Of a DNA stretch of 64,000 nt, positions 23,386-37,100 are shown one piece after another. The stretch is from contig NC_134026.1 in assembly GCF_964204645.1 (NCBI RefSeq), positions 9,819,950-9,883,949 of the forward strand, in the 5' to 3' direction. Source of the DNA: Tubulanus polymorphus. Lineage: Eukaryota > Animalia > Nemertea. The translations under genes were made by a program, and so were the position numbers. How positions within the stretch are numbered: the stretch's first letter is position 1; the number at the start of each line of letters is the position of its first letter. The notes under the pieces are model-generated. The model had not been told where the DNA came from. It saw only the letters and a list, made by a program, of their open reading frames with translations, and did no database searches.

Positions 23386-26300
23386 TCATTTCACTGTAAT
23401 GCTGACAATTCTAACATCGTCATAAGGTTTATCTGTCTTAGGGTTTGTTTTCAAATTTCCGATGTTCTGTACAATTTCCATGCCTTTAACAACGCGGCCA
23501 AAAACTGTATGCTTGTTGTCCAACCAAGGCTAAAACAAAGAGAAATCCATTCAGAATTTGATGAACCAAGAGAATACATTTATTAGTAAGGCTATGGGTA
23601 TGGAATTTTTAAATTCATCAAATGAATTACGCTAAAACATGAAAAGGAAAAAGCTAGCTGAAAACTGCTCTTGAAAACCAGCCTTAAAACATATTTTGAA
23701 AACAGATACTAGTACCGAGTTTCATCAGGTAAGCATGTACAATATCAATGCATCACAATTTCATAATCTTAGAGGCTCTAATTAGGGTACGGATATCAAT
23801 TGTATGTGGTACAGACAGGATTTTTGTACAATGGGAATACAGTCAACTGGGAATTAAATCACTGTGCAAATGGGATTTGTCAAGCAACTGTAATCCTTTG
23901 CAAATCGAGTTGGGTTATGAAATATGTATCAGTACCAATATAAATGAACAAACTGTATATAATTGGATTCAATCTACGCACAGAAGAACGAACAAGCGAA
24001 TAATGATTTGTTTAAGTCTCCCTGGGCTAAAATAAACGATATAAAACTGCGAGAAAGATCAATAAAAAAACTTTAAAATTTTTTGTCTTCATCTAAAAAA
24101 CATTATCGTAAAGACTGAAAATTCTGAATCCTTAATTTCATCTTTCTTTTTTATTGTAGCAATTATTTGCGACATTATAACAAATTCTACCTCTTCACAT
24201 TTGAATAGATTGAGATGCATTATCCCTACGATCATTTTATAGGATAAGCTGTGTTTCTTTTCTAAGTCGTGGAAAATCTCTAGTCCCATATTAACTGAAT
24301 TACACACCGTTAACTGTTTGAAGTATTTTTTTCTTATCCACAGACTTTCAGTTTTGCCAAATCAGGTTGAAAAGAGCATTGACTATTGCTGTTATCATGC
24401 ATTACTTTCATTCATTGAAATATATCTCTGATACAAATTCCTTACCTAATATCCAAGAAAAAAGGGCGGATCTAGGAATTTGTGAAATTTAGAAAAGGGG
24501 GTGCGCATTTCTGAGATACATGTATCCCTAAAGTTTTGTAAGAGCGGTAAATAAAGTATAAAGTGTGTTGTAAAGGAAAAATGTTTCAAAAAGGTCAAAA
24601 TTTTAAAAGAATCTTTTCTCAATTTTGAAAAAAAAATTAAGGACACGTGGGGGAGCGCTCGACCCTAGCGCACCCATCTAAATCCGCCCCTGAGAAATCA
24701 TAGATAACCTATGTTTATATGACTACTTTACTTACTGTAGGTGCTACTGTGATAAAAAACTGAGAACCGTTAGTATTTGGCCCAGCATTGGCCATACTTA
24801 ACGTGTAAGGTCTATCGTGTCGCAAAGATGGATGGAATTCATCTTCAAATTCGCCGCCCCATATGCTCTCACCTCCAGTACCATTTCCTAAAATATCAAG
24901 AAGTACATAAAATGTAAAAATACATAAGATCCACAATTCACGCATCGAAATAAAGAAGTACTGGTATGAATTATATCTAAACATTCTGACGCTTTTAGAT
25001 TGTGCCCTTCTGGAAGACAGAATATTCTTCTCAATATATTGCTGCCATTAATGAGACTTAAGAATAGGCAGAAACGTTCTAAAAAAGAAAGCTTCCACAA
25101 GGGCACAAAAATGGTATGGTAACATCGGGACTGATTGGGCAGCATCCTCGCTTGCCAGTGGTCCGGTATCGCTCCCGCACTCTCTTCCACCAGCCCCCTG
25201 GCCCCACGATGCGTGATTTCATTACTGGCGCTGTTGCGCATGACGTCAATTATCGATTTGCGAAATACTTCCTTGTTCGGTAAAACGTTCGCTGATTGGC
25301 CCATTTAACGGGAAAACCAACAGAAGCCTAACGTTGTTTGTTACAGACTCTGTGATTGGCCCGACCTGATTCTGGTCGGCTAGTAACGACTCCAACAACT
25401 CGTGAGGTCAAGGGGTTCGTGGAACGCCTTTAGCTTAGTGGGTTCGAATCCCTTGACGGGTGAGGATGAGTGGGCAGATCCCATCTTCCCATGCATGGGT
25501 TTGAATCTGATGATTCGGAACCTCAACCGCAATACGAACCATTACCTTTGGAAAGTTGGATTCAAACCTGGTTTACACATATGTCATTGAGTTTGGAGGA
25601 CAGGGCTCAAACCTGCTTCAAATGAAGACATAGCAACATAAAAGTCGATTACAATAATAGATTATTAACAACGTACCAAATGGGTCACCAGTTTGCACCA
25701 TAAATCCTTTAATCACACGATGAAAGATGTGGTTATTGTAGTATCCATTTCTACTGTGCACACAGAAGTTTTCTATGCTCCGAGGACACCTAAATATACA
25801 AATGCCGTGCATGCCGTTGTAACTATGCTGTTGAAACCAGAATACTTCTTGGTTTGTTGTTTAAATTTCAGAGACCACAAAATCTAAGTAATTTAGGAAT
25901 ACAATCCAACTGGTTCATGAGAAGTCTATGGCATACATCCTAAGAACAAGCAGACCCTTAGCTATGTCAGTAACTTGTAAACTTCAAACAATCTAAGCTC
26001 CATATGGATAGTTTTAGGTTTATACAGCACAAACTTGAAAAAGAGACACAAATGTGATTGCAGGATTATTTGCATTGTTTTTGATTCTGCAGTGTAATTG
26101 GTGCTGAAGAGATTCTTAACTCCAAAATAAGAGTCAAATTTAAGTCATTAAGAAACTTGATTCTGATTATGGAAGAAAATACAGATTCGGCAGTATGTTT
26201 GTGTTAGCTATCATCAGATAGATCATACAGTATAAGCCTAGAGATAGAATTAAGGTACTTACTCTTTGGCAAATAATTTACAGTGAATGTCACCCAACGA

Positions 26301-29300
26301 TGTGTGAATAGTACAGGTATTGCCCAAACGAGAAACACTAGATTCCTGAAAATAATAGAGAATACACATGAAAACTTATCTGCTCCTGAGAATTTGTCTA
26401 TAAATCGACTTTCTTGTTGTTCACAATTCTTTTTGTAGTTTGTACCTGAGTTGCAGCTACAAGTTCTTCCTTGGTTGGCTTCTCATTGAATATATCTCGA
26501 TCTGCATCAGCGCTGTAAATCAACAATCAGATTGACAGATGAATGAAAAATATCTACAGCATTGTCTGTCAAAATCGATCACTCAAGTTCAATCGTTGAT
26601 GTGACTTTTGGAGCTAAGTTAATTGATGAGGACACTGCCCCGCAGTTCACGATTACAGCATAAATATTCAACTCTAGGCACGAAACATCGAAAATGAACC
26701 CACTTTGGCTCTATGCCGAACGCAGCCCTGAAGGAAATTTCAGAACGATTTCAGAGATTTGGAATGTTCTGAAGGGTTAACGGTACTTAAGTTAGTAACT
26801 TTTTGTAAAACTGGGCATTTGGCATAATCAACATAACCCAAGATGAGCCTAAATTACAAATAAACTACCATGAAATCCATGAGGACTATGATTTAGTTCC
26901 CATTTGCCATTTCTATATTTTCAAGGACATCATGATAAGATAAATGGTTATCCTCCTAAACCATCTGAAAACTGGTCAAGTGGATGTATCTACTCTCTCA
27001 ATTCATTTAAAATACACAAACATTTGATCGATTCCATAGTTCTCGAATAAGATTTGTCACCAGGGTAAAAACCTTGGAAATTAACTGTAGAGTCAAATTT
27101 CACCGAGAACAGTGGAACTGATTCTAATTGACCACACACCTCTTAGTATCATCCGGTTCTCTACGGGTGAATAAATAAAATCGATTCTTCTTGAACGCCG
27201 TACAAAATAAAGTTGGATCTGGATCGATGTTTTGAAGCGCTGGGTTATCGGACGCTTGCATTTCTACAGTGATCGAAGTATTATAACGTTTCGCGTGTCC
27301 CTGGAACAGTGCGATTTGAACGAATCGGGCATTCTCCGGCTTTCCAAGAAACTTCACACACATGTTCGTATGAAGATTTACAACTGAAAATATGAACAAG
27401 ATGCACTGATTATATTTCCAAGATACGATTAGGGAGAGTGTAAGGGTCAGGTTAGCAAAATTTAAGGTTTCTTTTCTTCACCTTACATCCCTAGGACTTC
27501 CTATCAGTTAAAACCCACGCCCGAGTTCCACACTAGTAACATCTGTTCCGTTCCTGGCAGGAATGTTGGGTTTGTAAGGGACACCAAAGCATCAATTCAA
27601 ATAAATCCATCATAATAAAAACCAGATAGGAGGGATAATCATCCTTAACTCAAGATCAAAATACATGCACTTTAGCTTTTTTAGCTTTTGACATAAGGCT
27701 TATTAAACAGCAATCCATCCACCTAATTCATACAAATTTCATATTGCTATCTACATTCTATTATTCAGTGGTCAGGCATTCAAAAATAATTCTTAAACAT
27801 ATATCCAAATATACTGTTATATAAAATCGAATGACAAATAAATCATATATGATCATATCAATATCATATCAGATATATCATATCTGTAGATTAAGATATT
27901 GGTTTATCATGACATTGGTTCAACGGTGTTTTTGTATGACACTTACCCTTCACACCCAACATCGTTGAGTACATGATAAAGTTACCACTTTGATCAAATA
28001 CTGCAAAAGAAAGTCACAAAACTCTGGTGAACTACTTCGAAATCTTCAAAACTTTGAAACTTAAATCAGAGCCTAGTAAGATCGTTAATCAAACAATTTA
28101 ATCAACGAAGTAACAGAAGTAGATTAAACAGACCTAAGTTACACAATGAAAATGCATCTGATTTTTCGAGTTCTCGCTCAATTGCCACTCTTCTTCCGAA
28201 TTCCATGTTCGCTAACTGTGGTTTTCTCTGTAATTGTATTTTGTATAAATCATTAATGCCAGATGTAAAGTGATATACTAGGTTTCTCTTATCATGCAAT
28301 TTGATGAACAGCCTTTAAGGCTGGCTTATGTCGACAAGCAACGCGACGCCTACCCACGCAACTGGGTTTATCGCCGATAAGCGGCAACTAGCAGCCTACG
28401 AGAGGCCGCCAGTTGCTGCTCTATCGGTTCGACATAAGCCGGCTTGCGACGGCAACCCGACGCCTACCGACTCGTCACAAGCCGTATCCGGCTAGTTGCC
28501 CATGTTCTACTCCGGCCTACGGTAGGCGGACAGTTGCTTTCAATCGCAACCGACATAAGCTCATCTGCGACGCGACGGAACTGAGCGCAAGGGTTCCAGC
28601 CAATAAGAGACCGCATATACAAAGTACAAGTTATGACCGCTAGTTAGCGTCATTCGTAATTAGTAAAATTCAAGTATTTCGAAACGTAAACCAAACCTTC
28701 AGCAGGGCAGATGACTGGACCGAAGATCTAGAAGCGAAATTGGTAGAATTATGGTGTGAGCGGCCATCTTTATATGTCGCTAGCACATTGTATTCAAAAC
28801 AGAATCAGAAAGATAAAGATCTTAAAGAAATAACTTTTCTAATAGAAATATATTTCCCAATAATTCAAAATAAATCAAATTTATTCTCAAAATGCTTATC
28901 ACGTGACCATCTGAGCCGTTGCAGTTGCCAGTAATCGTAACCGACATAAGCAGGGGAGCAACTGGGAGGATCTCGTATCCCGATAGTCGGCCTCAGTTGC
29001 TGCGAATCGGAGCGCAGTCGACATAAGCTGGGCTGCGATCACGGTTGCTCTCAGTTGCATCGGTAGGAGTCAGTAGGCGTCGCGTTGCTCGTCGACATAA
29101 GCCAGCCTTTAGAGATGCAGTACATCATATCGTAATTCTTTGTACTTTATATAAGAGAGTTGCGAGATCAGATAGGGCCTAATATAATTAATTTAATAGT
29201 TTCAACTGCTATCACAAAGACATTTTTTCTGTCACTGAAACACTTTTTCGTTTTGCACACCAATTTTCGTTCTTTCTATTTGATTAATCGTAAATAGGAC

Positions 29301-32300
29301 TCTTTATATTACAGCAGAACCTCGTATAACCCTTAACCAGTTTGATCTAAACAGCATATTTTCCATAAACAAGGAAGCGTGTAACATGCTGGTACTAGTT
29401 TCTAGTGATTCGCATTGAAAATTCTAAACTAAAAATCAAAATTTTGTAAAAGCAAATAGGAAAAATTGCCATTAGTTAATTAATTGTATTGTTAATTCAT
29501 TGTAACAAAAAAACTATTGGTAAACTCTAATAATCATATTTTCCAGCAATCTGGTGGACCAGGTTTACAGACCAGTCTTAACGTCAGATTACCCATAGCT
29601 GAATTAACCCTAGGTTTTAGAAAATCGAAACTGGTGTGGAAGTTACTGCAAAGAGGTTCTACTGTATATAGACAAAGATGCTGGTTACAAAAATAGTTAT
29701 AATTTGCTTTTCTGCTTTACCTGTTGTAATTCAGTAAATGTTTGCAATGATTCATCCAATACTTTCGTTAATTTACCAGTAAGAAACTTGAATATCCGTA
29801 CCTGAATGTAACAGAAATTTTAGTTCAAGTTCAGGTTCAGTTTATCAGTGATCCCAGATTATTACCATGGTATTTACCCTATAGTTAATTTTCCGCTTGA
29901 TCACTTTTAAAGCAACCGAATTGACATTTTCAGTTAAAACACTAACCCCCTATCAGAATAACTTATTAATTTCATTATTTAAAAAGCAATTCAAGTTTAT
30001 TCAAGGTACGCATTTTCTGTCCATGTTTAACATCTAAATATAGAACACTGTATAAGCAGTTCACCGGGACATTCAACATTCAATAGATAGGAGATTCGAC
30101 TTGACTCTTTAGAGAGAAAAATTTAGTGGTAAATGATTTTCAAAAATTTCAAGACTTAAATCATGCATAACAGATAACAAACTCTTCCACAATACACACA
30201 ATTTTACATACCTTTCGATCAGTTGACAAACAGCCCATTAGTTTGCCATCCGGTGAAAATGCAATATCAATTGGAGAGCATTTGTTCTAAAAAAGAAATA
30301 GAAAATCTGAAATTCTGATGTGAAAAAGCAAAATGAAATTATCTTTTCAAGAAACAGTGAAAACGACTGATAGTATCTCAAATCATCAGTCAACTTATTG
30401 GCCTTCAAATAAGACTCAAATATTAAGACCTTAATAACTGTAAGGTTGTTAGCATAAGGGTGGTTTCAGATGAAATTCAACTGAAATTGAGGATCTAGCC
30501 AGGAATTTTTTCTTTGTTCATACCAAGAAATAATACATTGTCATTAATTCCAAGGTCATTAGAGCATAGTTCCACAGTATTTTACCAACATTTATTAAGT
30601 GGACTTTAAAATGCCTGAATTAGATCAACATCCATATTTTAATGATCTGAATTAAGTGGGTTCGACTTGAAACACAATTTGATTTACTTCTCAATGAAAA
30701 CTATACAAACCTTCGCAAACTCGTACAGGTCGGTATCAGTTTTATATTGCCATCGCACAGTTTTCGGAAATATATAGTCGCACTTGGGTCCAGTCCAGTA
30801 CTCAATCATTCCAGTTTTATCAGCAGATACAACAACTTCGAATATCGGATTAAACTGTTGATTAGGAAAAAATTTCACAAGCTCAAAAAACCCCTAAGAA
30901 TTTTTTACATCCTTGTCATTCAATTTCAATTTATTTCATAAGAAAGCATATTACACCCATTACCCCATCCTCCCTCAGCAGGGATTTGAAGATGGCATTG
31001 CTAGAATCAGCCACGACACAAAGCCCTGCCACACTAGTCCAAGTGCTCAGATTTGCTGCGAAAACTTGCGGCGCCAATCAGATTGCCTGTTGTATAATTG
31101 CTGTTAGCAAATTTCATGGATAGACCATAAATGGAAAAACTTGAGCTTCAATTAAACAACATATCTGATTTACTTATACAATGACATCGTCTAAGCTATA
31201 CATGAAGTTGCGCACTTGGGCTTATCGGAGCGCATTTCAGGCCATGGAAGTTTCGATGCCTTCAGCAGTTCGAATCCCTGATGGGGGAGGATGCCATCAT
31301 TTTGGGCGTCACTAGTCCTTGGCTTAGCATTTTGTTTGCCCAACATTAGATGTTGCTACTCCTCATTAAAGAAAAACAAGGTAGCTTGGGAAGGTGGAAT
31401 GAGTCTGCTTTCAAAGCCTGCAATGAACTTTGATAATAAGCTTACTTGTGAAACAGCTTGACTATAAACTGCCGTAATAATATCAAGTTAAACTGCCTAT
31501 AAAGCGAGCTAACAATGACGAAAAAGCAGATTTCATTCACTAACATAGTAAAACATTGTAATAAACATTGAGCTGCCTTACTTTGATTATACTTGGTGAA
31601 CACGAATGCATTCGCTCAATTGTTTTCAATGGTTCTGAGCCTCCCGAACCATCATAGATATGAATCTTCGAATTCTCTTTTTCTGCCCTGAAAAGTCAAC
31701 GTAAATGTGCATCTTAAATGATTATCCATTTAAAAAAACATGAAAAATATCCATAAATTTTAGAAAAGGGGAGGAACTAACACAGCAACTGCTTTTATCG
31801 GATCGCCTCCGGCGTATATCCAGGCAACGGCTTTCGGAATGTAACCCAGTTTCACCATGTTGATCATATCTGTAAATATAGCATTATAACAGCATCAGAT
31901 GATATTTTACAACGGGCCGGTTGAAACAACAAAGTTTAAAAACTGTAACATTCGGTTTGACCTGTAATACAGTAACCTATACCCCCTTACTAGGGGTTGG
32001 TCTTCTTTTCAATTGATTTATTCTATAAAGATGATTCATTTTGGAGTTTTTTCATTTGTCTTCAATTTAATTCATAACTCAAGCTGAGTTTCCACTGCAC
32101 CGGTATTTAGTTTAGCAATGGTTTCCTAGATGTTACCATAATTAAAACTTAAAAACTGTTAAATCTTTTAATGTCTGAGCTTCAATCTTAAGATAATCTA
32201 GTTCAGCCAATACCCAGTTCCTAATAAGGAGGTGAGCTACTAGATTCAGCGCTTATGAAGTACCGTACTTCGCTGGTGCCGAATTCACCAAAATACAGCG

Positions 32301-35300
32301 CTTACACAGCGTTACGTTCACACTATGAGTCGGCAATTCGGCACTTAGTAAGCCCAGTATAGTAGTCATCCAGTGTGCCAATAGAGGGGAGTGTAATTAG
32401 TGTTTAGTGTTTTGTACTATGCGGATGTAAATACACGGCTAGCTAAGCACCGAATCTTCGTTCACACTACAGAAAATACGCGGCCAGCTCAGTTCCATAC
32501 TGAGATCGGGTTTTCGGCGCGGAATCGCATTCCGCACTTAATAAGCCGCGTATTTCAGTACGGAACTGAATAAGCCACTAAATGGCCTCGAATAATTTCC
32601 AAGTGTGAATGCTTAGCACTGTGCTGAAATCCTAATGTGAACGCAGCTATTCTTGGCTTCTATTGTATAAATCGAGTGTGTTTAAATCAAAGTGTGTGTG
32701 TTTAGTAGCAATAGTAACTGTACCGGCAGATCTAAGGGGATTGGAGAGAAATAGGAAAAGTTGTTCTTACCAAAATTAACAACATCAAATACTTTCATCG
32801 CTTTGTCTTCTGATATTGTAGCACATAGTTCACCATTACAGCTCACAGACAGCGCTAATATTGATCCTACAATTTCAAATAAATATATTCTATGTCATTA
32901 GTAATTTCTGTGTACCTTGAGAACATCAAGGCACCCTTCAAGGCACCTTCAATTTTCTTAAGACCAGTGATCATGAGTGGCTAGCCAATTCTAAGCTATT
33001 AACACAGCACACCAACGAAATTTATAATCCATCCAAAAATACTTTGATTATAACAACTAACCTAGGTGACTGCGGAAATGTTTCACAAATTCAATTCCTT
33101 GGTCCAGTTTCTTCCAGAACTTCACATGGCCATCACAGCTGCCAGTAATTATAAAATCAGTCCTAGCAACAAATGCAAAATTACATGTTTTATAACATGG
33201 CAACTCTATTACCCCTAAGACTGAAATTTGAAGAAACTATTGCTTGAAAAATCTTACTTTGTAATGGCAATATGCGTGATAACATCTCTGTGCATATAAC
33301 TTCGTTCATAAGATTCAGATTCCGGAAGATTTTGTAAATAAATGTGTTCAAAATCTAACACTAGAATGTGGAGAAAAAAGGTACACTGTTTTGATATTCA
33401 ATTCATAGTCCAAATAATAGGAATAGATATAAAGCATAGTATCATCAATATCTATCTACTAATTCATGAAGCTTGTTATTTTTGTCTGCATCCTGCTTTT
33501 TCTTTTTATATTTCGTTCAATTTTTTCTATTATTATATCTCAAATTGTTCTGAATATGACCCGTAGAATTTTACAGTCTGAATGAACCATTGTATTTATA
33601 TCTATTTTACACTCTCTGTAGGATTACCAAAGTATGATATGAAAATACAACTTAAAACTCTGACCCGACGATCATTCGAATAAAATCATCCCAGATAAAG
33701 ATTGAATAATAATTGATTGCATGACATGGTGCGCTATTCAAATTTTATTCAAACTAAAACCTGAGGATACTTGACAATTGACAATTCGAATAAGGAGACT
33801 ATTCTTCAATTTGATATATGAAATTGAAGAATAGTTTCGTTATTCGGATGACTATTTATATAGACGTCTTTATATATAGATGTCAGATGTATATATATAG
33901 CAGATGTCGGTGCTTTGATTAAAAATAGGCCTACACATTATTTAAATACACAAATGCATCACGGCGCCATATTCTATTCATATCAATTAACCTCTAAAAC
34001 TAATAACCTGAGTCTGAGCGACCCGGAACTTGTGGAGCTGTCCCCCTCAATGCCTAGATAATTTTGAAAAATCCCTAGGAAAATGGTGGAATTGACATCA
34101 TTTGAGCAATGGTTTAAGTAAAAATTATGACAGCCTGAGTAGTAGTGCTGCGGCCAGGATGAGGTGTTGGTAATTTTAATGAGATACCTGCAAAATAAGG
34201 GAAAACTTAGCACATCATTTATCAAATATTAGTCTTTATGATTTACAATTTGTGAAGCAACAATCTTATGGGGCTACTGCAAAAAGTCCCGAACCATATT
34301 CTTATCTTCTTAATTCAGCAAACAGTGAGAGTTATCCGAACGCTACATAAGTCGATGTGAAAAGATTTGCTGATCTTGCGCTAAAGAAATGCTTGCTCAA
34401 GCAAAACTGGCGCACTTTTACAGCGGCAAACTTAACAAATTTTCGGTAGGCATTAGTCCTTTTTCCATTCCTTTGTGGATATTTTGCCAATGCGGCATTA
34501 TCTTAGTAGACGCTATTTTGCCAATGGCTATATATAATAAGATATAGTAATAAAATATAACAATAGGATCATTATATTGGGTTTTGGGTTTCGACAGGGT
34601 AAGGGTCTAGAGGGTTAGGGTTAGGATTAGGATGAGGTTTAGGGTCCGTTTTAAACCTGTTCTCCACACTTTCCTTGAATTTTCTAAGTCGCGCACCTCA
34701 GTGCACATGTGCGGCGTCAATTAGCCAATCAGAACGCGCCATTGGCAAAATAGTGTAAAAAGGAATAATGCCGCATTGGCAAAATATCACCTGCCTAAAA
34801 TTAAAGTTCAAGTTGTTTACTCCCACCCCCTAGTCTGAATACCAGTCGTTTTTACTGGTTCCCTAAAAAGTCTGACGCTAAAGTATCATATAGCTGTTAA
34901 CTCCTGTTAATTGCAATGCAACAACTGATTTTAGTGTCAAATCAAACCTTTGTACTCAAATAAATTAATTAGTTACCTTGTTAACTTAGAAAACGTGTTT
35001 TATAATAATATTTTTGATGATTTAAATCGCGAACCGCAGAATCTATTGATTTGATTTGAATTGATTGCCACAATCGGGATTTCCAATACGGACTTAATTA
35101 ATAAAATGTGAAAATTCAATAGGCCTATGTCTCTCTAAAATTACTCTAAATGTTATTTTTTGTTCATAAAACGCATAAATTTTGGTAAATTTTAACCTTT
35201 AGAATTTGAAACAAGAATAATATCTGCATTGGCATCAATGTCAGTCCAAGTTCAAGTCCGAATCCGTAATTTACACTCCCATCATGCACCACGAAAAGCC

Positions 35301-36724
35301 GCCATATTTGTTATGTTGCTTCACTATTTTGAGGCGACTAGTCAAAAGTTTTGAGCTACTATGATCGTCAAAAGCTACTTAGGATTACAAATTTATGTAC
35401 AAACAATAATTAACTTCCATTTGATTAGAGAACAGTCAGTTTATGGTAAGTTGATGGTGTTTTAAGGGGTGAAATAGACGCTTAAAGCCTCGTCCCTCAA
35501 AATGAGGGACGAAAATTAACCTTATATGAGCACCTTCGCCCTAGACATTGTTTGTAGAATGACGGCTAGGTACTAGACTAGATACGCCCCTGCTCAATTT
35601 TATGAACCATATGAAATTGGTCCAGATTAATCATGACAGTTTTTCTTTTAGTCAAGTGCAGAAAACCCAGGCTAGATTAATCAACAATCATCAGTAAAAG
35701 TGCAGATCCGCACCTCTCGTGATTGACGCAATATACTGAATTATAAATCACTGTTCTAGCTTCAGAATGTCTCACGGAATCCAATGCAATGATTTGTATT
35801 ATGATATCTTCACTAGAAAGTAGATTTTTGGCGAGGTTTTTACCTCGGAACTGATTTGTCAAAAGGACGCCATATTGGATTGGTAAATCTAAAATGAAGA
35901 TTTGTCTTAAGTATTTGCTGAAACAATGTGAAGGTAATCAGCGCATAAAACTAATCACTTTTTTGTCAACTGTCACTGGGGCACAGGCACTTGAATATGG
36001 GCTTTGATAATGGATAAATATTTAATAATTCACCAGCGATATCTCCGTAATGCTTAAATCTACCAGCAATTATCGGGATAGCCAAACACTGCTGATGATT
36101 GCTGAAGTACCTCCCAAGTGTCAATTTTTATCCTGAAATAAAAGGAGCGCCCATAATTTCAATTGTAGATGATTTTTTGGAAACATTGACACTGTTTTAG
36201 CTCCATTAAAGATTTTAACTGCCTGTGACTGGGGTTATTCATTCTAGCCAAATTGTCTTATATGTTCGTTGAAATTGAAAAGAAATTTCCATTTTTCTTC
36301 CTCAAATTGCGTAGTTCATGAAACATTGTTTCAGCAAATATTCTAAACAAATCTTCACATCAGATTTACCCATCCAATATGGTGTCTGGTTCAAAATCGT
36401 GACGATCTCGAGACAGTCAAAATCCAGGCTAAAAATCTACGTTCTAGTGAAGATATCATCAAATAAACCACTGTACTGAATTGCTGATGACATTTCGACT
36501 CTAAAACAGCGTTATTTAATGTAAATTTATTGAACCATTTATGAGAGGTGCGGATCTGCACTTTTACCCAATGGCAATCATCAATTAATTGTCAATTGCA
36601 ACAACTTACCTTTGCGCTTCTTTGGTTTTTCTGCTTCACTCAGGGAAGGCCCTATCAATTCATCATCGTCTTCTTCAACATTCTCATCATCTAGAGACCG
36701 TTTGTTACTGACTTCGTCGGTCAT
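23386..36724 (-). CDS. PPWD1: Peptidylprolyl isomerase domain and WD repeat-containing protein 1 (17 coding exons, 619 aa)
   Basis: Exons 36724-36610, 33360-33258, 33162-33062, 32866-32771, 31869-31782, 31687-31582, 30854-30711, 30286-30212, 29801-29721, 28227-28134, 28000-27947, 27383-27140, 26512-26446, 26345-26263, 25789-25677, 24887-24736 and 23529-23386 join in frame (1860 nt). Hallmarks: [40 protein letters not shown], and cyclophilin [44 protein letters not shown]. Confidence 0.97.
24461..24692. mobile_element. MITE of the 'GGCGGATC' TIR family (hAT-like)
   Basis: Ends aagggcggatctag ... ctaaatccgcccctg. Related ends at 21010-21238, 42938-43182, 46310, 52502-52746 and 63656. Confidence 0.6.
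28318..29108 (+). mobile_element. PIF/Harbinger deletion derivative retaining a MADF (Myb/SANT-like) fragment, in a PPWD1 intron
   Basis: About 35-bp TIR aggctggcttatgtcgac.agcaacgcgacgcctac; TTA TSD at 28315-28317 and 29109-29111; repeated subterminal cgacataagc. From 28716 it encodes [20 protein letters not shown]....LYS....K....KEI. Confidence 0.88.
29312..29664. mobile_element. Tc1/mariner-type MITE
   Basis: ta|cagcagaacctc ... gaggttctactg|ta; TA TSD; same TIR family as 60597-60749. Confidence 0.65.
34445..34795. mobile_element. TIR element with an internal TTAGGG-like tract
   Basis: Perfect 24-bp inverted repeat gatattttgccaatgcggcattat (34478-34501 / 34765-34788), a second subterminal tattttgccaatggc pair, and central agggttagggttaggattagg. 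Confidence 0.7.
35694..36574. mobile_element. Non-autonomous TIR DNA transposon in PPWD1 intron 1
   Basis: Perfect 25-bp TIR gtaaaagtgcagatccgcacctctc (35694-35718 / 36543-36567); 9-bp direct repeat caatcatca at 35685-35693 and 36575-36583. Confidence 0.75.
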
Positions 36725-36854
36725 TCTTGCTAATGAAAAGAAAATGATGGCTTTGAATGGATTGGGATTTTGAAACACTGCACTACGAAACAAAACAAAG
36801 TTGTTTACGGCAGCTGTATTAATTTGAACTAAATTTGTTTACCTCCGCTGTAAC

Positions 36855-37100
36855 AAAAAACCACATCGCGTCCCAGATATGCACTTCTCGTAGACAGGAA
36901 GGCTCCAGGACCGCATCCTAGCCTCCCGGAAAAGCGGGGGGCTCTCGAAATGGCCCCCTGGCCCGAAGAGGCTGGGCCCGTCACTCAGGTGATGGGGCAG
37001 TCAACTGCATGGTCATCCTAGCTTGCCAGGGTTTGATTGCCGCCGGCAGGCACACCCCAACGAAGCAACGTTCAAGTTTCGTTACTGCTTCCCGATGTGC
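36855..37100 (-). ncRNA. Candidate structured non-coding RNA of unassigned family (or structured PPWD1 5' leader)
   Basis: 60% GC (145/240). Closing stem cacatcg/cgatgtg is followed by T6. Several helices pair through G-U wobbles only on the minus strand. Confidence 0.5.

Noticed and set aside
25400-25460. B-box-like gggttcgaatccc suggesting a tRNA (also gttcgaatccc near 31270 and gggttcgaaccc near 20241)
   Set aside because: No cloverleaf or acceptor stem can be built. At most decayed SINE heads.
32082-32648. Possible TIR element (agctgagtttccact ... atgtgaacgcagct)
   Set aside because: The ends are too degenerate and there is no TSD. Probably a repeat, but boundaries cannot be supported.
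36861-37100. Assignment of the GC island to 7SL, 7SK, RNase P/MRP or telomerase RNA
   Set aside because: The diagnostic motifs of each family were not found by eye, so it is left unassigned.
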